Part shown: piece after piece, positions 45,248 to 54,537 of the stretch
Layout of the letters: every line of letters starts with the position of its first letter
How positions within the stretch are numbered: the first letter of the stretch is position 1
DNA from: an uncultured Mageeibacillus sp.
GTDB taxonomy: Bacteria > Bacillota > Clostridia > Saccharofermentanales > DTU023
DNA: 64,000 nucleotides
Direction: 5' to 3'
Assembly (NCBI GenBank): GCA_964606165.1
Contig: CAZSFQ010000001.1
Coordinates: 74,278 to 138,277 of the forward strand
Made by a program: the position numbers and the translations under genes
The notes under the pieces: model-generated
Told to the model about the DNA's origin: nothing
What the model saw: the letters and a program-made list of their open reading frames with translations, nothing else
Databases searched by the model: none

Positions 45248-45589
45248 TCACGCGTCCCCGGACATTTGCCGGCGCTGTCCGATCATGTCAATTCCTGTCG
45301 CCTTGCGGATCGCCGTCCGGAGTTCCAGTCCCCCCAGCCATGCCTGGCGCCGGGCTGACGGGATGATGGTGACGGCGGGCAGGTAACGGAGGCGCCAGGC
45401 GGCCAGGCGGGGCCCCATCATCTCAGCCAGCTCCTCCGTTATGAAGATCACCGCATAGTCCTCATCCGCCCACTGGTTGAGAACCTGCTCCGCCTCATCG
45501 GCATCGGCCGCTTCGCGGACGCTCAAGCCCAGCGCGCGAAAACCGCTGATGCTGTCGTGCTCGCCCAAGACCCCGATCTTATGTTCCAT
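45248..45589 (-). CDS. V/A-type ATPase subunit F
   Basis: KIGVLGEHDSISGFRALG...YAVIFITE...IRKATG. Confidence 0.9.
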   Translation of the reverse strand: MEHKIGVLGEHDSISGFRALGLSVREAADADEAEQVLNQWADEDYAVIFITEELAEMMGPRLAAWRLRYLPAVTIIPSARRQAWLGGLELRTAIRKATGIDMIGQRRQMSGDA

Positions 45590-45602
45590 CGCTTCCCTGC
45601 TC

Positions 45603-46640
45603 CTAAAAATCCCGGCGGAGCGGGCCGGCCGCCTCGCGGCTCAACCCGTCTGTCAGTGACGCCATGACAATGCGCACATTTTTAAACTCACACTCCCGGG
45701 CCATGATGTAGGCGATGACCCTGGGAGGCCCTGAGAGTGTCCGGGACCCTGCTTCCAGATAGCCGAAAAGGAGCCGGTCCACATCCAGGGAAAACAAGGA
45801 GGCGCCGCCTTCCCCGTAGGTGATGAGGTGGCCGGAGAGTGGCTGATAGGGTGTTTTTTCAAGGCCTTCCTTGACCGCTTGAACAGGAGCGTCAAAGAAA
45901 GAAAGCCAGGTCTCCCTCCGGATGATGCCGTCGGCCAGAAGACTATCCGCGTACGCGGGCAACTCCATGGCCCTGGCCCTGACCCGCAGGAGCGTTTCGA
46001 GATTGGCAAGGTCTCTTACCCGGTCAAAATAGCCCGCCAGCCAGGCGTCATCAAAGCCCGCCGCGATTTCAGCGATCAAGGCGTGAATGTCGCGGTCGAC
46101 TGACCGGTCCATGGCCGAGGCGTCATGAGCGGCCAGGAAGGCTTCTTTAGCCCTCGAAATGATGGCTTGGGCCCAGGCCGGCAGGTTTTTTTCCTTTTCG
46201 CCGCGCGCCACCGCGCACCACAGGGTGTCCGCCTGGATCAGGGATGGTCTCAGCAGCCAGGACTTAAATTCGTCCTCGGCTGGCGGATCAGCCATAAAAG
46301 CCGTTTTCAGGGAGGTCTTCAGATTGTGCGCGTCCTTGCGCAAAAGCAGTACCTGGTGATAACCGTCATCCGGGGTCACTTCATCAAGAAGCTCATAGAG
46401 CCGGCAGTTTTCATCCATGACCATTCCCTCGACGGTATCCTTTTGGGGGTAACGGTGTTCGAGCAGGAGACGCCTGACGTCATCCACTGATTCCGCGGCG
46501 TAAAGGCGGTCCAGTCCCGGCCGGCCGAGCAGGTCCTTTTCCAGGCACCATACCCTGCCGGTGGCATGCCCCCAGGATCCCGCCTTATTTTTACGTACGA
46601 CGGGCAGGGGAATTGCGTTCTGCTTAAGCTTTTTAGCCAT
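45603..46640 (-). CDS. ntpC: V/A-type ATPase subunit C (d)
   Basis: GRVWCLEKDLL, DAHNLK, DLANL..LLR and AYIMARECEFKNVRIV; start re-picked at ATG 46640. Confidence 0.85.
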   Translation of the reverse strand: MAKKLKQNAIPLPVVRKNKAGSWGHATGRVWCLEKDLLGRPGLDRLYAAESVDDVRRLLLEHRYPQKDTVEGMVMDENCRLYELLDEVTPDDGYHQVLLLRKDAHNLKTSLKTAFMADPPAEDEFKSWLLRPSLIQADTLWCAVARGEKEKNLPAWAQAIISRAKEAFLAAHDASAMDRSVDRDIHALIAEIAAGFDDAWLAGYFDRVRDLANLETLLRVRARAMELPAYADSLLADGIIRRETWLSFFDAPVQAVKEGLEKTPYQPLSGHLITYGEGGASLFSLDVDRLLFGYLEAGSRTLSGPPRVIAYIMARECEFKNVRIVMASLTDGLSREAAGPLRRDF

Positions 46641-47232
46641 CCCGTCCTTCCCCTGCCCCGCCCATTCCGAGAAAGTCCAGGGCTGCCCGCGCCAGCTCAG
46701 CCCGGTAATCACGCACCACCACATCATAGGTCAGGTTGTCGCGGATGCGGCCGTGTGTGACCGCGATCCCTCCCGCGAAATCGCCGTCCTGGCCGTCAAT
46801 GGAGAAGCGGCCCTGAGGCAAAGCCTCGAGGAGATCTTCACCCAGTTCGATCCGGTCGGCGGCCGATAAAGTAATGACGCCTTCTTCAAGATCCAGGGAA
46901 CGGATCCAGCCCGCGTAAAGTCTGACGCGTTCGGGCGCGGCCTTCTCCTGAAGCAGACGGAGTGCCCGCAGGATGATCTGGTCAGCCAGGGCCTGCTTGC
47001 GCTCCAGCTCCTGCTTGCGCAGCAGGGCCTCGGCCACACCCTCACCCCTTTTGACAATCAGCTCCGCCTCCTGCTGTGCACGTTCCCGGGCTTCTTCAAT
47101 AATCTTTCCGCACTCTTTTTCGGCATTCGAAATCTCCTGGTCGACCAGGACCTTCGTCTCCGCGGCCAGGGCTTCAACTTCAGATTCTGCTTCCGCCAGA
47201 ATGTGGCGCCTGATTCGATCGATTCCTTCCAT
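46633..47232 (-). CDS. ntpE: V/A-type ATPase subunit E
   Basis: MEGIDRIRRHILAEA coiled coil; GGIAV...NLTY. Confidence 0.85.
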   Translation of the reverse strand: MEGIDRIRRHILAEAESEVEALAAETKVLVDQEISNAEKECGKIIEEARERAQQEAELIVKRGEGVAEALLRKQELERKQALADQIILRALRLLQEKAAPERVRLYAGWIRSLDLEEGVITLSAADRIELGEDLLEALPQGRFSIDGQDGDFAGGIAVTHGRIRDNLTYDVVVRDYRAELARAALDFLGMGGAGEGRDG

Positions 47233-47273
47233 CTTGTCAGAGCTCCCTCTTTTTATGCTCCGCCCGGGCGGCT

Positions 47274-47750
47274 TCAAACCGCAATGCTCAGGACGCCTAG
47301 AATGGTCGCTAGAAGAGCGAGAATGGCATAGGTTTCGACCATGACAGCCAGGACAATGGCGTTGCCGCTTGTATGGCCGTGTTTGGTGACCAGGGCCATG
47401 CCGCCTTCCGCCACATTGCCCTGATGAAAGGCGGACAGAAGACCGATGAAAGCGACAGGGAGCGAGGCCAAAAGGAAGAGCAGGCCCTGTTGTGTGCTGA
47501 TCGCGAGGCTGCCGCTCAGCATGCCCGAGTGGTTCATGATCATGAACCAGCCAAGGAGGCCGTAGATGCCCTGAGTTCCAGGCAAGGCCTGCAGAATCAG
47601 AAGCTTGCCGAACAAGGTGGGGTCTTCAGCCATTATTCCTGAGGCCACCTGCCCCAGTTTGCCGACAACCTTGGCTGAGCCGTAGCCGGGCAGGATGACC
47701 GCCAGGGCGGCTGCCAGATAGACCAAGAGCGGACCGGTGATGGATACCAT
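47274..47750 (-). CDS. ntpK: V/A-type ATPase rotor subunit K (c), Na+-binding signature
   Basis: Four TM helices; LPGTQGIYG, SAFHQG and MVETYA correspond to the NtpK Na+ ligands. Confidence 0.92.
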   Translation of the reverse strand: MVSITGPLLVYLAAALAVILPGYGSAKVVGKLGQVASGIMAEDPTLFGKLLILQALPGTQGIYGLLGWFMIMNHSGMLSGSLAISTQQGLLFLLASLPVAFIGLLSAFHQGNVAEGGMALVTKHGHTSGNAIVLAVMVETYAILALLATILGVLSIAV

Positions 47751-47818
47751 AACTTTCCTCCCAAGACCAACCGCTGCCGGTTGGACCGCTGATGCCCGAA
47801 GCTTGTGTCCGGGCTATT

Positions 47819-49825
47819 TCAAGAAGCGTTGACCGCTTCTTCCTTCACTGTTTGACCCTTCTGCTTTTTGTCCTCAATCCTGACGTAGGTGGTCGCTCGG
47901 CGCAAAGGATTCCAGAAGGCGCCGCCGCCGACAAAAAACTTGCCGAACATTTCCACGTATTGCAAACGGCAGGTGTGGACAAAGGCCGACAGGGCGGAGA
48001 GGGCCAGGTTCAAGGTGTGCCCGAATACCCCGATGACGGCGAAGAGAATATAGCCGAAAACCGACTTGCCTCCCAGCATGCCCAGCATGTTGACCACGGT
48101 GGCGATGACGCTGGTCGCAAGAACCAGGGCCAGGACGCGCGCATAAGAGAGGATGTCGCTCAGGTAAGAGGTAATGCCGTACAGGGCGCCAAAACCTTTG
48201 ATTAAACGCTTGAAGGGGTTTTTAATCCCGTGACCGGCGAAGATAAGTCCGAAGGCCGCCCCCGCCAGGGCCACCCATTGCCCAATACTCTTAAGCAGGG
48301 CCACGGTCGCGGCCTTGTCGGAAAGAGCGCCCGCGCCAAGCATGAGGCCCAGCCCCGGAATAATCAGGTACCAGGTCACTGAGTCGGCCAGGCCGCCGAT
48401 CAGGTTGCCTTTCATCTTCTCATTCCGGATATGGATGCCCAGTCCGAAAAAGAGATGGATCACCCCGAATATCATGCTGAAGAGGAGCAGCTGAACGGGC
48501 GAATCCATGGGATTGAACCAGAGAACAGGAAAGCTCGCCTTGCCCTGGCTCACAGCTGTGATCATATCACCAAAGAAACCGCCGAAGATAAAACCCCAGA
48601 TTACAGAGGAAATCCCCGAGATGAAGAGCATCATGCTCATCTGGCGCGTGCCGCCCTCCACCTTCTTTTTGAAGAGCAGCCAGGCTGTGCCGGCCATCAA
48701 CATGGCCCCGTAGCCGACATCACTCAGCATCATGCCAAAGAGAATCATATAGAAGGGCGCCATGACCGGCATGGGATCCGTTTCCTGGCTGCTGGGCGCG
48801 CCGTACATCTCAAGCACGATCTCAAAAGCCCTTACCAGAAAATTATTTTTCAGCTTGACCGGGCTTTCCTCGTCTTCTCCCGCCGGCCGGTATGACCAGG
48901 CCAGGTCGAACTGCTCCGCCAGCTGGCGGCCGATTATGTCCGCCTGGTCAGCGGCAACCCAGACCTGCAGATAAAAGGTATAGGTCCCTTCCTGCGTCAT
49001 TTCACCGGCCCCTGCCCGGTCGTAGCGTACGAGCAGGTAGTCGTGGAAGGTCATGAGGCGGCCGCAGCGATCCGCCATCTTCTCCAGACGGTCTTCCAGA
49101 TCCTCGTATTCCGCCTCCAGCTTTTCGATCTCTCCCTCAAGGGAATGGATTGTCGCCCGGGCTGTGCCGGTAAAGGGCAGCTTGGGCATCTCATGAAAGG
49201 CACAGGAGGACAGGCGGGACCGGACCCGCGGGAGCTGTTCATTCAGGGTAATAATGGCGGTCTTAGCGGGGAACAGGCCCTCTTCTTCCAGAAGATGGAC
49301 CGCCGCGAGCGGAAAATCCCGCAGTAAATCGCCTTGAAAAGAATCGAGCGAAGCGGCATCCATGAAAATGCCGAAAATAACCGATGTCCGCGAGCTTCCC
49401 TGTTCCGTCAGATCGAGGGTGACAGGTGACCAGGGCTGGAGCTGGGCGATCTGCTGCTCCAGCAGGGTGATCCGGTGTTGGATGGAATCCTCCCGGGAGG
49501 TCAGGCTTTCGTAATGGGCAACCAGCTCTTCCAGCTCCGCCTCTTCGCAGTCTGTGAAAGAAAACTCGTCTTCGGTGACAGGCAGTTTTCTGGCCGACAG
49601 CTGCCTGACAGAGGGGAAGCGCTTTTGCAGGCCCTCTATGACACGGGCAAGCCGCGCCCTCATTTCGAGATTGCCGGCATGGGCCGCCCCCGGCAGGGGA
49701 CGGTCGTCCCCAATCCCGATCCTGTCGATCTCCGCCGCTCCCAGGCGCATCAGTGCGTCGATGATTGTGTCACGATCCTCCCGCACTCCCAGGATCGTCA
49801 TTTTGCTCATTTTAACGATGCTCAA
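47819..49825 (-). CDS. ntpI: V/A-type ATPase subunit I (a)
   Basis: IVKMSK, YGAPSSQETDP, FGMMLSDVGYG, GGFFGD, SDILSYARVLAL, HTCRLQYVEMF; TTG start at 49825 (or ATG 49810). Confidence 0.92.
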   Translation of the reverse strand: MSIVKMSKMTILGVREDRDTIIDALMRLGAAEIDRIGIGDDRPLPGAAHAGNLEMRARLARVIEGLQKRFPSVRQLSARKLPVTEDEFSFTDCEEAELEELVAHYESLTSREDSIQHRITLLEQQIAQLQPWSPVTLDLTEQGSSRTSVIFGIFMDAASLDSFQGDLLRDFPLAAVHLLEEEGLFPAKTAIITLNEQLPRVRSRLSSCAFHEMPKLPFTGTARATIHSLEGEIEKLEAEYEDLEDRLEKMADRCGRLMTFHDYLLVRYDRAGAGEMTQEGTYTFYLQVWVAADQADIIGRQLAEQFDLAWSYRPAGEDEESPVKLKNNFLVRAFEIVLEMYGAPSSQETDPMPVMAPFYMILFGMMLSDVGYGAMLMAGTAWLLFKKKVEGGTRQMSMMLFISGISSVIWGFIFGGFFGDMITAVSQGKASFPVLWFNPMDSPVQLLLFSMIFGVIHLFFGLGIHIRNEKMKGNLIGGLADSVTWYLIIPGLGLMLGAGALSDKAATVALLKSIGQWVALAGAAFGLIFAGHGIKNPFKRLIKGFGALYGITSYLSDILSYARVLALVLATSVIATVVNMLGMLGGKSVFGYILFAVIGVFGHTLNLALSALSAFVHTCRLQYVEMFGKFFVGGGAFWNPLRRATTYVRIEDKKQKGQTVKEEAVNAS

Positions 49826-50132
49826 GGATGCCGATAATCCTTTCAGCAAGCGCGGCTGCCGCCTCATTCATCAGGCTCTCAGAGGGCTCAGACGAGTGGG
49901 GATCACCGGCTGCGGAGGCGGTGGCTACCAGATCCTGGTAGCGCGCCTGTGCTTTCTCCGTCTGCTCCTGCCGGATCTTTCCCGCCAGCTGATACGCTTG
50001 ATCAATCATGTCAACTGCCTCTTGCCGGGCTGCCTGGCGCTTCAACTGTGATTCTTCGCGCGCCTTTTCGACCCGCAAAACAGCTTCTGATTCTGTTTCT
50101 TTGATTTCAGCCAAAAAATCACGGTCCGCCAC
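49812..50132 (-). CDS. V/A-type ATPase peripheral-stalk subunit G/H
   Basis: First gene of the operon; charged coiled coil (LAEIKETESEA...AREE); AGGAGG RBS before GTG. Confidence 0.75.
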   Translation of the reverse strand: MADRDFLAEIKETESEAVLRVEKAREESQLKRQAARQEAVDMIDQAYQLAGKIRQEQTEKAQARYQDLVATASAAGDPHSSEPSESLMNEAAAALAERIIGILEHR

Positions 50133-50281
50133 AGGCAATCCTCCTCAAGGTGCACAGTTCACACCTTTCAAACATTGGCCGGTTCCGGGCAACAAAAAGC
50201 GAAGCCCTGCCGGCCCATAAACAAAATAAGGTTAGCACAGAACAGCTTAAAACGAAAGAAGTTGAAGTGGTTCTTCACCCC

Positions 50282-51541
50282 TCAAATATCGGAAAGGAAG
50301 CGGTCAAAGTGGTTATCCCTGGCCCAGGAATAGCGGCTGTAATCCGTGAGCAGGGCAACGAACCCTTCCTCTTCCGGGTAAGCGCGCCAGATGATCTCCT
50401 GGTCGGGGAGATTGACGAAATGGCCCGGGTGACAGTAAAGGGAGGGTGTCGTTTCGATCTCAAAATGGACGGGCGGGGCATCCTCGTCGTCGAGAAATGA
50501 CAGACCGTCCCGGGACAGGATCAGTTTTCCGGAACGTTCCGTGCGCGCGGGATCATCGCCGTCACCAAGATTTTCCAGCAGGACCATCCGGCACCTGCTT
50601 TCCAGGGATTGATCCGAAAGAAGCGCCTCTTCCATTCGCTTCCGCTGCCAGGTCGCGTACTCAAGGGGGTGATCGAAGGGGGCTGGCGAGCCGGGCGAGG
50701 CGCTGAAGAAACCGGCCGCGTCGACACGCAGGCTCAGTTCACAGACTCGACAGAAGAGTTTTCTTTTTTCGCTGCGCATGACAAGGGGCCGGTCACAGGA
50801 CGGGCACCAGTGACAAACATAGGAGAGTTTTTCCGCCCGCCGTCTTGAAAAAAACCGGGCAGGGCGTTTGCGCTCCGACTGCCAGGCGTAGTCGTCCACA
50901 TTCAAAACCTTGACAAGCCGGGCCTGGATTTCATCTACCGAAAGCCTGACCGCCTCCTCGGCGGACAGGAGCAGCCGGGTACTGACCTCCATCTTGCCTG
51001 GCCGGGGCAATCGTGCCCAGCGCGGCCAGCCCAGGTAGCCGCCACGGCAGATAACCGCTGCGACCGGCGCCTTCAGGTGCTTGATCAGTTTGGCGGTCGC
51101 CGGGCCGAAGGGTGTCAAATTGCCTGCCATGGAACGCTGAGTTTCAGGATAGAGGGCAACCGAACACTTGTTGGCAATTGAAAGAATGATTTCCTTGGTC
51201 GTTGAGAAGTTAACCCGGAAGGGCCTGATCTCGATGATGCCCAGCTTCCTGAAAATGGCGCCCAGAACCCTCCAGTTGGCGATCTCCTGCCCCGCGACAA
51301 AGCGGATGCGCTGGCCGGGCATAGCCGCCGCGCAGACAGCCGGATCAAAATAGGCTACATGATTGCCCACAATAAAAAAGGGCCCCCTGGACGCGGCAAG
51401 GGCAGGATCCCGGTCATAGCGGACGCGGTAAAGAAGCTTAAGCAGTAGGCGCACAAGGAGCAGGAAAAAACCGTAAGCAAGTGGTTTTGGCGCCCTGATT
51501 GTCTGACGGTCAACTTTTTCCTTTTGTTTGATTCTGCTCAA
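50282..51541 (-). CDS. PlsC-like lysophospholipid acyltransferase with C-terminal extension
   Basis: NHVAYFD (HxxxxD), YPETQRS, and CHWCPSC / FCRVC Zn-like cluster. Confidence 0.85.
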   Translation of the reverse strand: MSRIKQKEKVDRQTIRAPKPLAYGFFLLLVRLLLKLLYRVRYDRDPALAASRGPFFIVGNHVAYFDPAVCAAAMPGQRIRFVAGQEIANWRVLGAIFRKLGIIEIRPFRVNFSTTKEIILSIANKCSVALYPETQRSMAGNLTPFGPATAKLIKHLKAPVAAVICRGGYLGWPRWARLPRPGKMEVSTRLLLSAEEAVRLSVDEIQARLVKVLNVDDYAWQSERKRPARFFSRRRAEKLSYVCHWCPSCDRPLVMRSEKRKLFCRVCELSLRVDAAGFFSASPGSPAPFDHPLEYATWQRKRMEEALLSDQSLESRCRMVLLENLGDGDDPARTERSGKLILSRDGLSFLDDEDAPPVHFEIETTPSLYCHPGHFVNLPDQEIIWRAYPEEEGFVALLTDYSRYSWARDNHFDRFLSDI

Positions 51542-51654
51542 TATGGCGCCCCCTTTTCATTTATGCCACATTATTTTAACATCTTGGCGCTAGAGTTGGG
51601 GCAAGGTCCGGCGATGGTCCGGAAAGGTCAGTTGAAAAGATCCGGGGATTACCG

Positions 51655-52533
51655 ATGGCAAGATACTGTTTCTACTGCGGGCGTGAGCTGGAAGACAATG
51701 AAAAATGCGATTGCCGCATGCGGCCGGGAGTGACAGGCGGAAGCGGGAATTCTTCTTCAGCGGGCCGTGAAAGAGCAACGGATCAATCTGCCGCGAGAGA
51801 AGAGCCAAAGGGAGCCTCATCGGATCCTTTCAGTTCCGGTCACTGGCAACACCGCCAGGAGGAGGCGCCTCCGAAAAGGAAGCAGAAGAACCGGCCGGCC
51901 GGCGCGTCTTCTTATTACAGCCGCACACCCGCCGACCGGACCCGGCACCTCCAGTCCTTCCTCCAATTTTTCGCCGCCCCTGCTGACACCATGGCGCGCG
52001 AACTCTCCCCCCGGTGGACCCGCTCCCACTCAATCTGGCTGGCCGTCACGATCGCCCTGTCAGGTCTCCACTACATGGTTTTGAACCGGAGCCTCACGGC
52101 CCTTCTGACCGGCCAGAAAGTTGAATTGGGTGCAGGGGAATCACTTCTGTCCTGGCTTGCCGGCTCGGCCTTCATCGGTCTGATTCTCATCCTTTTCACC
52201 CTGACCCTCTGGCTTCTCGCCCGTTTTCTCTACCGCCAGGGCGGCCTGCCCTTCCCCCACGCGCTTGCGGCCGGCAGGACATCCTGGAAATACCTGACCT
52301 TATTCTTTCTTCTGGCCCTGCCCTCACTTTTCACGGGGGGCGCTGTCTACGGACTGGTCCTGGCCCTGATGGGTCTCGTTTTTGCCGTCATGGTGCACGC
52401 CAAACAGGTCGCCGCCCTGACGCATCTGGATGAGAACAGGACCTGGCAGCTCTCCTACCTTGCCATCATCATCTTCGCGGGCATCTTGTCCTCTGTCACC
52501 ACCCTGGTCCGCATGCTCAATCTAGTGAAATAA
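51655..52533 (+). CDS. Membrane protein with N-terminal Zn-ribbon, disordered linker and Yip1-like TM region
   Basis: YCFYCGREL...KCDC, a low-complexity linker and about five TM helices. Confidence 0.6.
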   Translation: MARYCFYCGRELEDNEKCDCRMRPGVTGGSGNSSSAGRERATDQSAAREEPKGASSDPFSSGHWQHRQEEAPPKRKQKNRPAGASSYYSRTPADRTRHLQSFLQFFAAPADTMARELSPRWTRSHSIWLAVTIALSGLHYMVLNRSLTALLTGQKVELGAGESLLSWLAGSAFIGLILILFTLTLWLLARFLYRQGGLPFPHALAAGRTSWKYLTLFFLLALPSLFTGGAVYGLVLALMGLVFAVMVHAKQVAALTHLDENRTWQLSYLAIIIFAGILSSVTTLVRMLNLVK

Positions 52534-52602
52534 GCCGGCCAGCCCTTCCGGCAAAAACTGTTATAATTGGTGGCGCTGATTGGAGAGGGGACATTCTTCG
52601 CT

Positions 52603-54537
52603 GTGTTGAAAAAACTGATAAGACAATTTCATTGGCTGCTGGAAAAGTATCAGCGCGAATACACCTTCGCCACCATTTTCGTCACCCTTAATTACCTGGT
52701 CTCGGTTTTGCCGCCCTGGTTCGCGGGCCATGCCGCCGACCGGATTTTTGCCTCCAATCTGACCGTCGGCACCCTGCTGGTTTACGTCGCCATCATGCTC
52801 ACGGTGACTGCTCTCGCTTATGTATCCGGCTATTTTTGGTCCTACTACCTGATCAAGGCCTATGACGTGACGGAACTCATGGCGCGGCAGCGGACATTTT
52901 CGAAACTCCTCAACCAAAACGCGCCCTTTTTCCTGGCCCAGTCGACGGGCAGCCTGATGGGGAAATCGACCAACGACGTCTCCTCCATCGCCGAGATGGC
53001 GGGCTTTGGCATGATGGTGCTCTTTGACTCCACCCTTTACCAGCTGGTGCTTCTCGCCATCATGGCCATCAACGGCTCCTGGCAGCTGACCCTGCTGACC
53101 TTCCTGCCCTACCCCTTCCTTATTTTCTTATCCAGGAAAATCGGCAACCGGCTTTACTCGGAATATGACCTGGCCCAGCAGGCCTTTGACGACATCAACG
53201 ATCATGTCCTAGAGAACATTCAGGGAATCCGGGTCATCCGGGCCTTCGTCATGGAAGACCAGGAAGGCAAACAGTTTGCCGACCGCACTTCCCATCTCTT
53301 CCGGCAGAACATGAAGGTGGCCAGGCTGGACGCCCTCTTTATGCCGGCGTCGCGCCTGGTCCAGGGGAGTTCCTTCATAATCGCCCTTTTGGCCGGCGCC
53401 AGACTCATCGGCCAGGGTGTCATCACCATCGGCCAGCTCATGTCCCATGTCTTCTATCTGGGCATGCTGGCCTGGCCTATGATCGCCATGGGTGAGCTGA
53501 TCAACATCGCCCAGCAGGCGACCGCCTCCATGGACCGGGTCCAGGAAATCTGGGACTGGCGGGAGGAGATCCTCGATCCCCCCGACGCCATCACCTGCGA
53601 ATCGATTGGTGACATCACCTTCGATCACTTTTCTTTTTGCTGGCCCGGCCAGTCAGAAGCTGTTCTGAAAGACCTGTCCTTCACCATCCGCCAGGGCATG
53701 ACGGTCGGTCTTGTCGGCCGTGTCGGGTCAGGCAAGACAGCCCTCCTGAAGCAGATCCTGCGCTTTTACCCCCAGGAAGCCGACCTGCCGGCCGGACCTG
53801 TGGACGCCGGCCTTCCGCCTCCGGCTGAACGCTTGCGCATTCACGGCCTTCCCATCCGCCTCTTCGACAGAAGGAGCCTGAGACGGCACATCGGCTACGT
53901 ACCGCAGGAGAGCAACCTCTTCTCTCTTTCCGTCCGCGAGAATATCCTCATGGGCGCCCGGTCACAAACGGGCGGCTGGCCGCTCACGGAAGAAGACCGT
54001 GACCGCGAAGTCGCTTTCTGGAAGAAACCTTACCGGGCCATTGTCAAGGCGGTTGAGGAGCGCCAGGCGGCGCCCCCCGCCCCGCCGCCCGTCTCCGATG
54101 AACTGTTCGAAGGCGTTATCCGCATCGCTGACTTCGCCAAGGATATCGATGATTTGCCCGAAGGCCTGGACACCTTGACCGGTGAACAGGGGATCGCGCT
54201 CTCGGGGGGACAAAAGCAGCGCATATCCATCGCCCGCGCCCTCCTGGGCGATCCCGAGGTCCTGATCCTGGATGACTGTCTTTCGGCCGTTGACGCCATC
54301 ACGGAAAAAAATGTACTCCAGGCCCTGACCAGGGAGCGGGCAGGCAAAACAACCCTGGTCATTTCACACCGGCTGTCGGCTGTCCGGGACGCCGATCTGA
54401 TCCTGGTCCTGGAAGATGGTGCCATCGCCGCCCGGGGCAACCACGCGTCGCTGATGGAGGAAGGCGGCTGGTACGCCGGCCAGTATGAATTGCAGCAGCT
54501 GGAAGAACAAAGAACAACAGGGAAGGAGGCCATGTAA
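52603..54537 (+). CDS. Heterodimeric ABC exporter, half 1 (degenerate Walker B)
   Basis: TMD + GRVGSGKT, LSGGQKQR, LILDDCLSAVD and SHRLS; start uncertain (52567/52603/52606). Confidence 0.92.
   Translation: MLKKLIRQFHWLLEKYQREYTFATIFVTLNYLVSVLPPWFAGHAADRIFASNLTVGTLLVYVAIMLTVTALAYVSGYFWSYYLIKAYDVTELMARQRTFSKLLNQNAPFFLAQSTGSLMGKSTNDVSSIAEMAGFGMMVLFDSTLYQLVLLAIMAINGSWQLTLLTFLPYPFLIFLSRKIGNRLYSEYDLAQQAFDDINDHVLENIQGIRVIRAFVMEDQEGKQFADRTSHLFRQNMKVARLDALFMPASRLVQGSSFIIALLAGARLIGQGVITIGQLMSHVFYLGMLAWPMIAMGELINIAQQATASMDRVQEIWDWREEILDPPDAITCESIGDITFDHFSFCWPGQSEAVLKDLSFTIRQGMTVGLVGRVGSGKTALLKQILRFYPQEADLPAGPVDAGLPPPAERLRIHGLPIRLFDRRSLRRHIGYVPQESNLFSLSVRENILMGARSQTGGWPLTEEDRDREVAFWKKPYRAIVKAVEERQAAPPAPPPVSDELFEGVIRIADFAKDIDDLPEGLDTLTGEQGIALSGGQKQRISIARALLGDPEVLILDDCLSAVDAITEKNVLQALTRERAGKTTLVISHRLSAVRDADLILVLEDGAIAARGNHASLMEEGGWYAGQYELQQLEEQRTTGKEAM

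Noticed and set aside
44473-45366. Long antisense ORFs (e.g. 44473-45366, 38729-39601, 40076-40936, 55062-56078, 59798-60997, 61971-63224, 22965-23813, 7794-8651)
   Set aside because: All lie opposite well-supported genes and show the typical shadow-frame composition produced by high GC3 codon bias; they have no motifs or RBS.
47751-47818. Two small hairpins between ntpI and ntpK as a novel RNA
   Set aside because: Short stems upstream of the rotor-subunit gene are adequately explained as mRNA-stabilising or processing structures that raise c-subunit stoichiometry.
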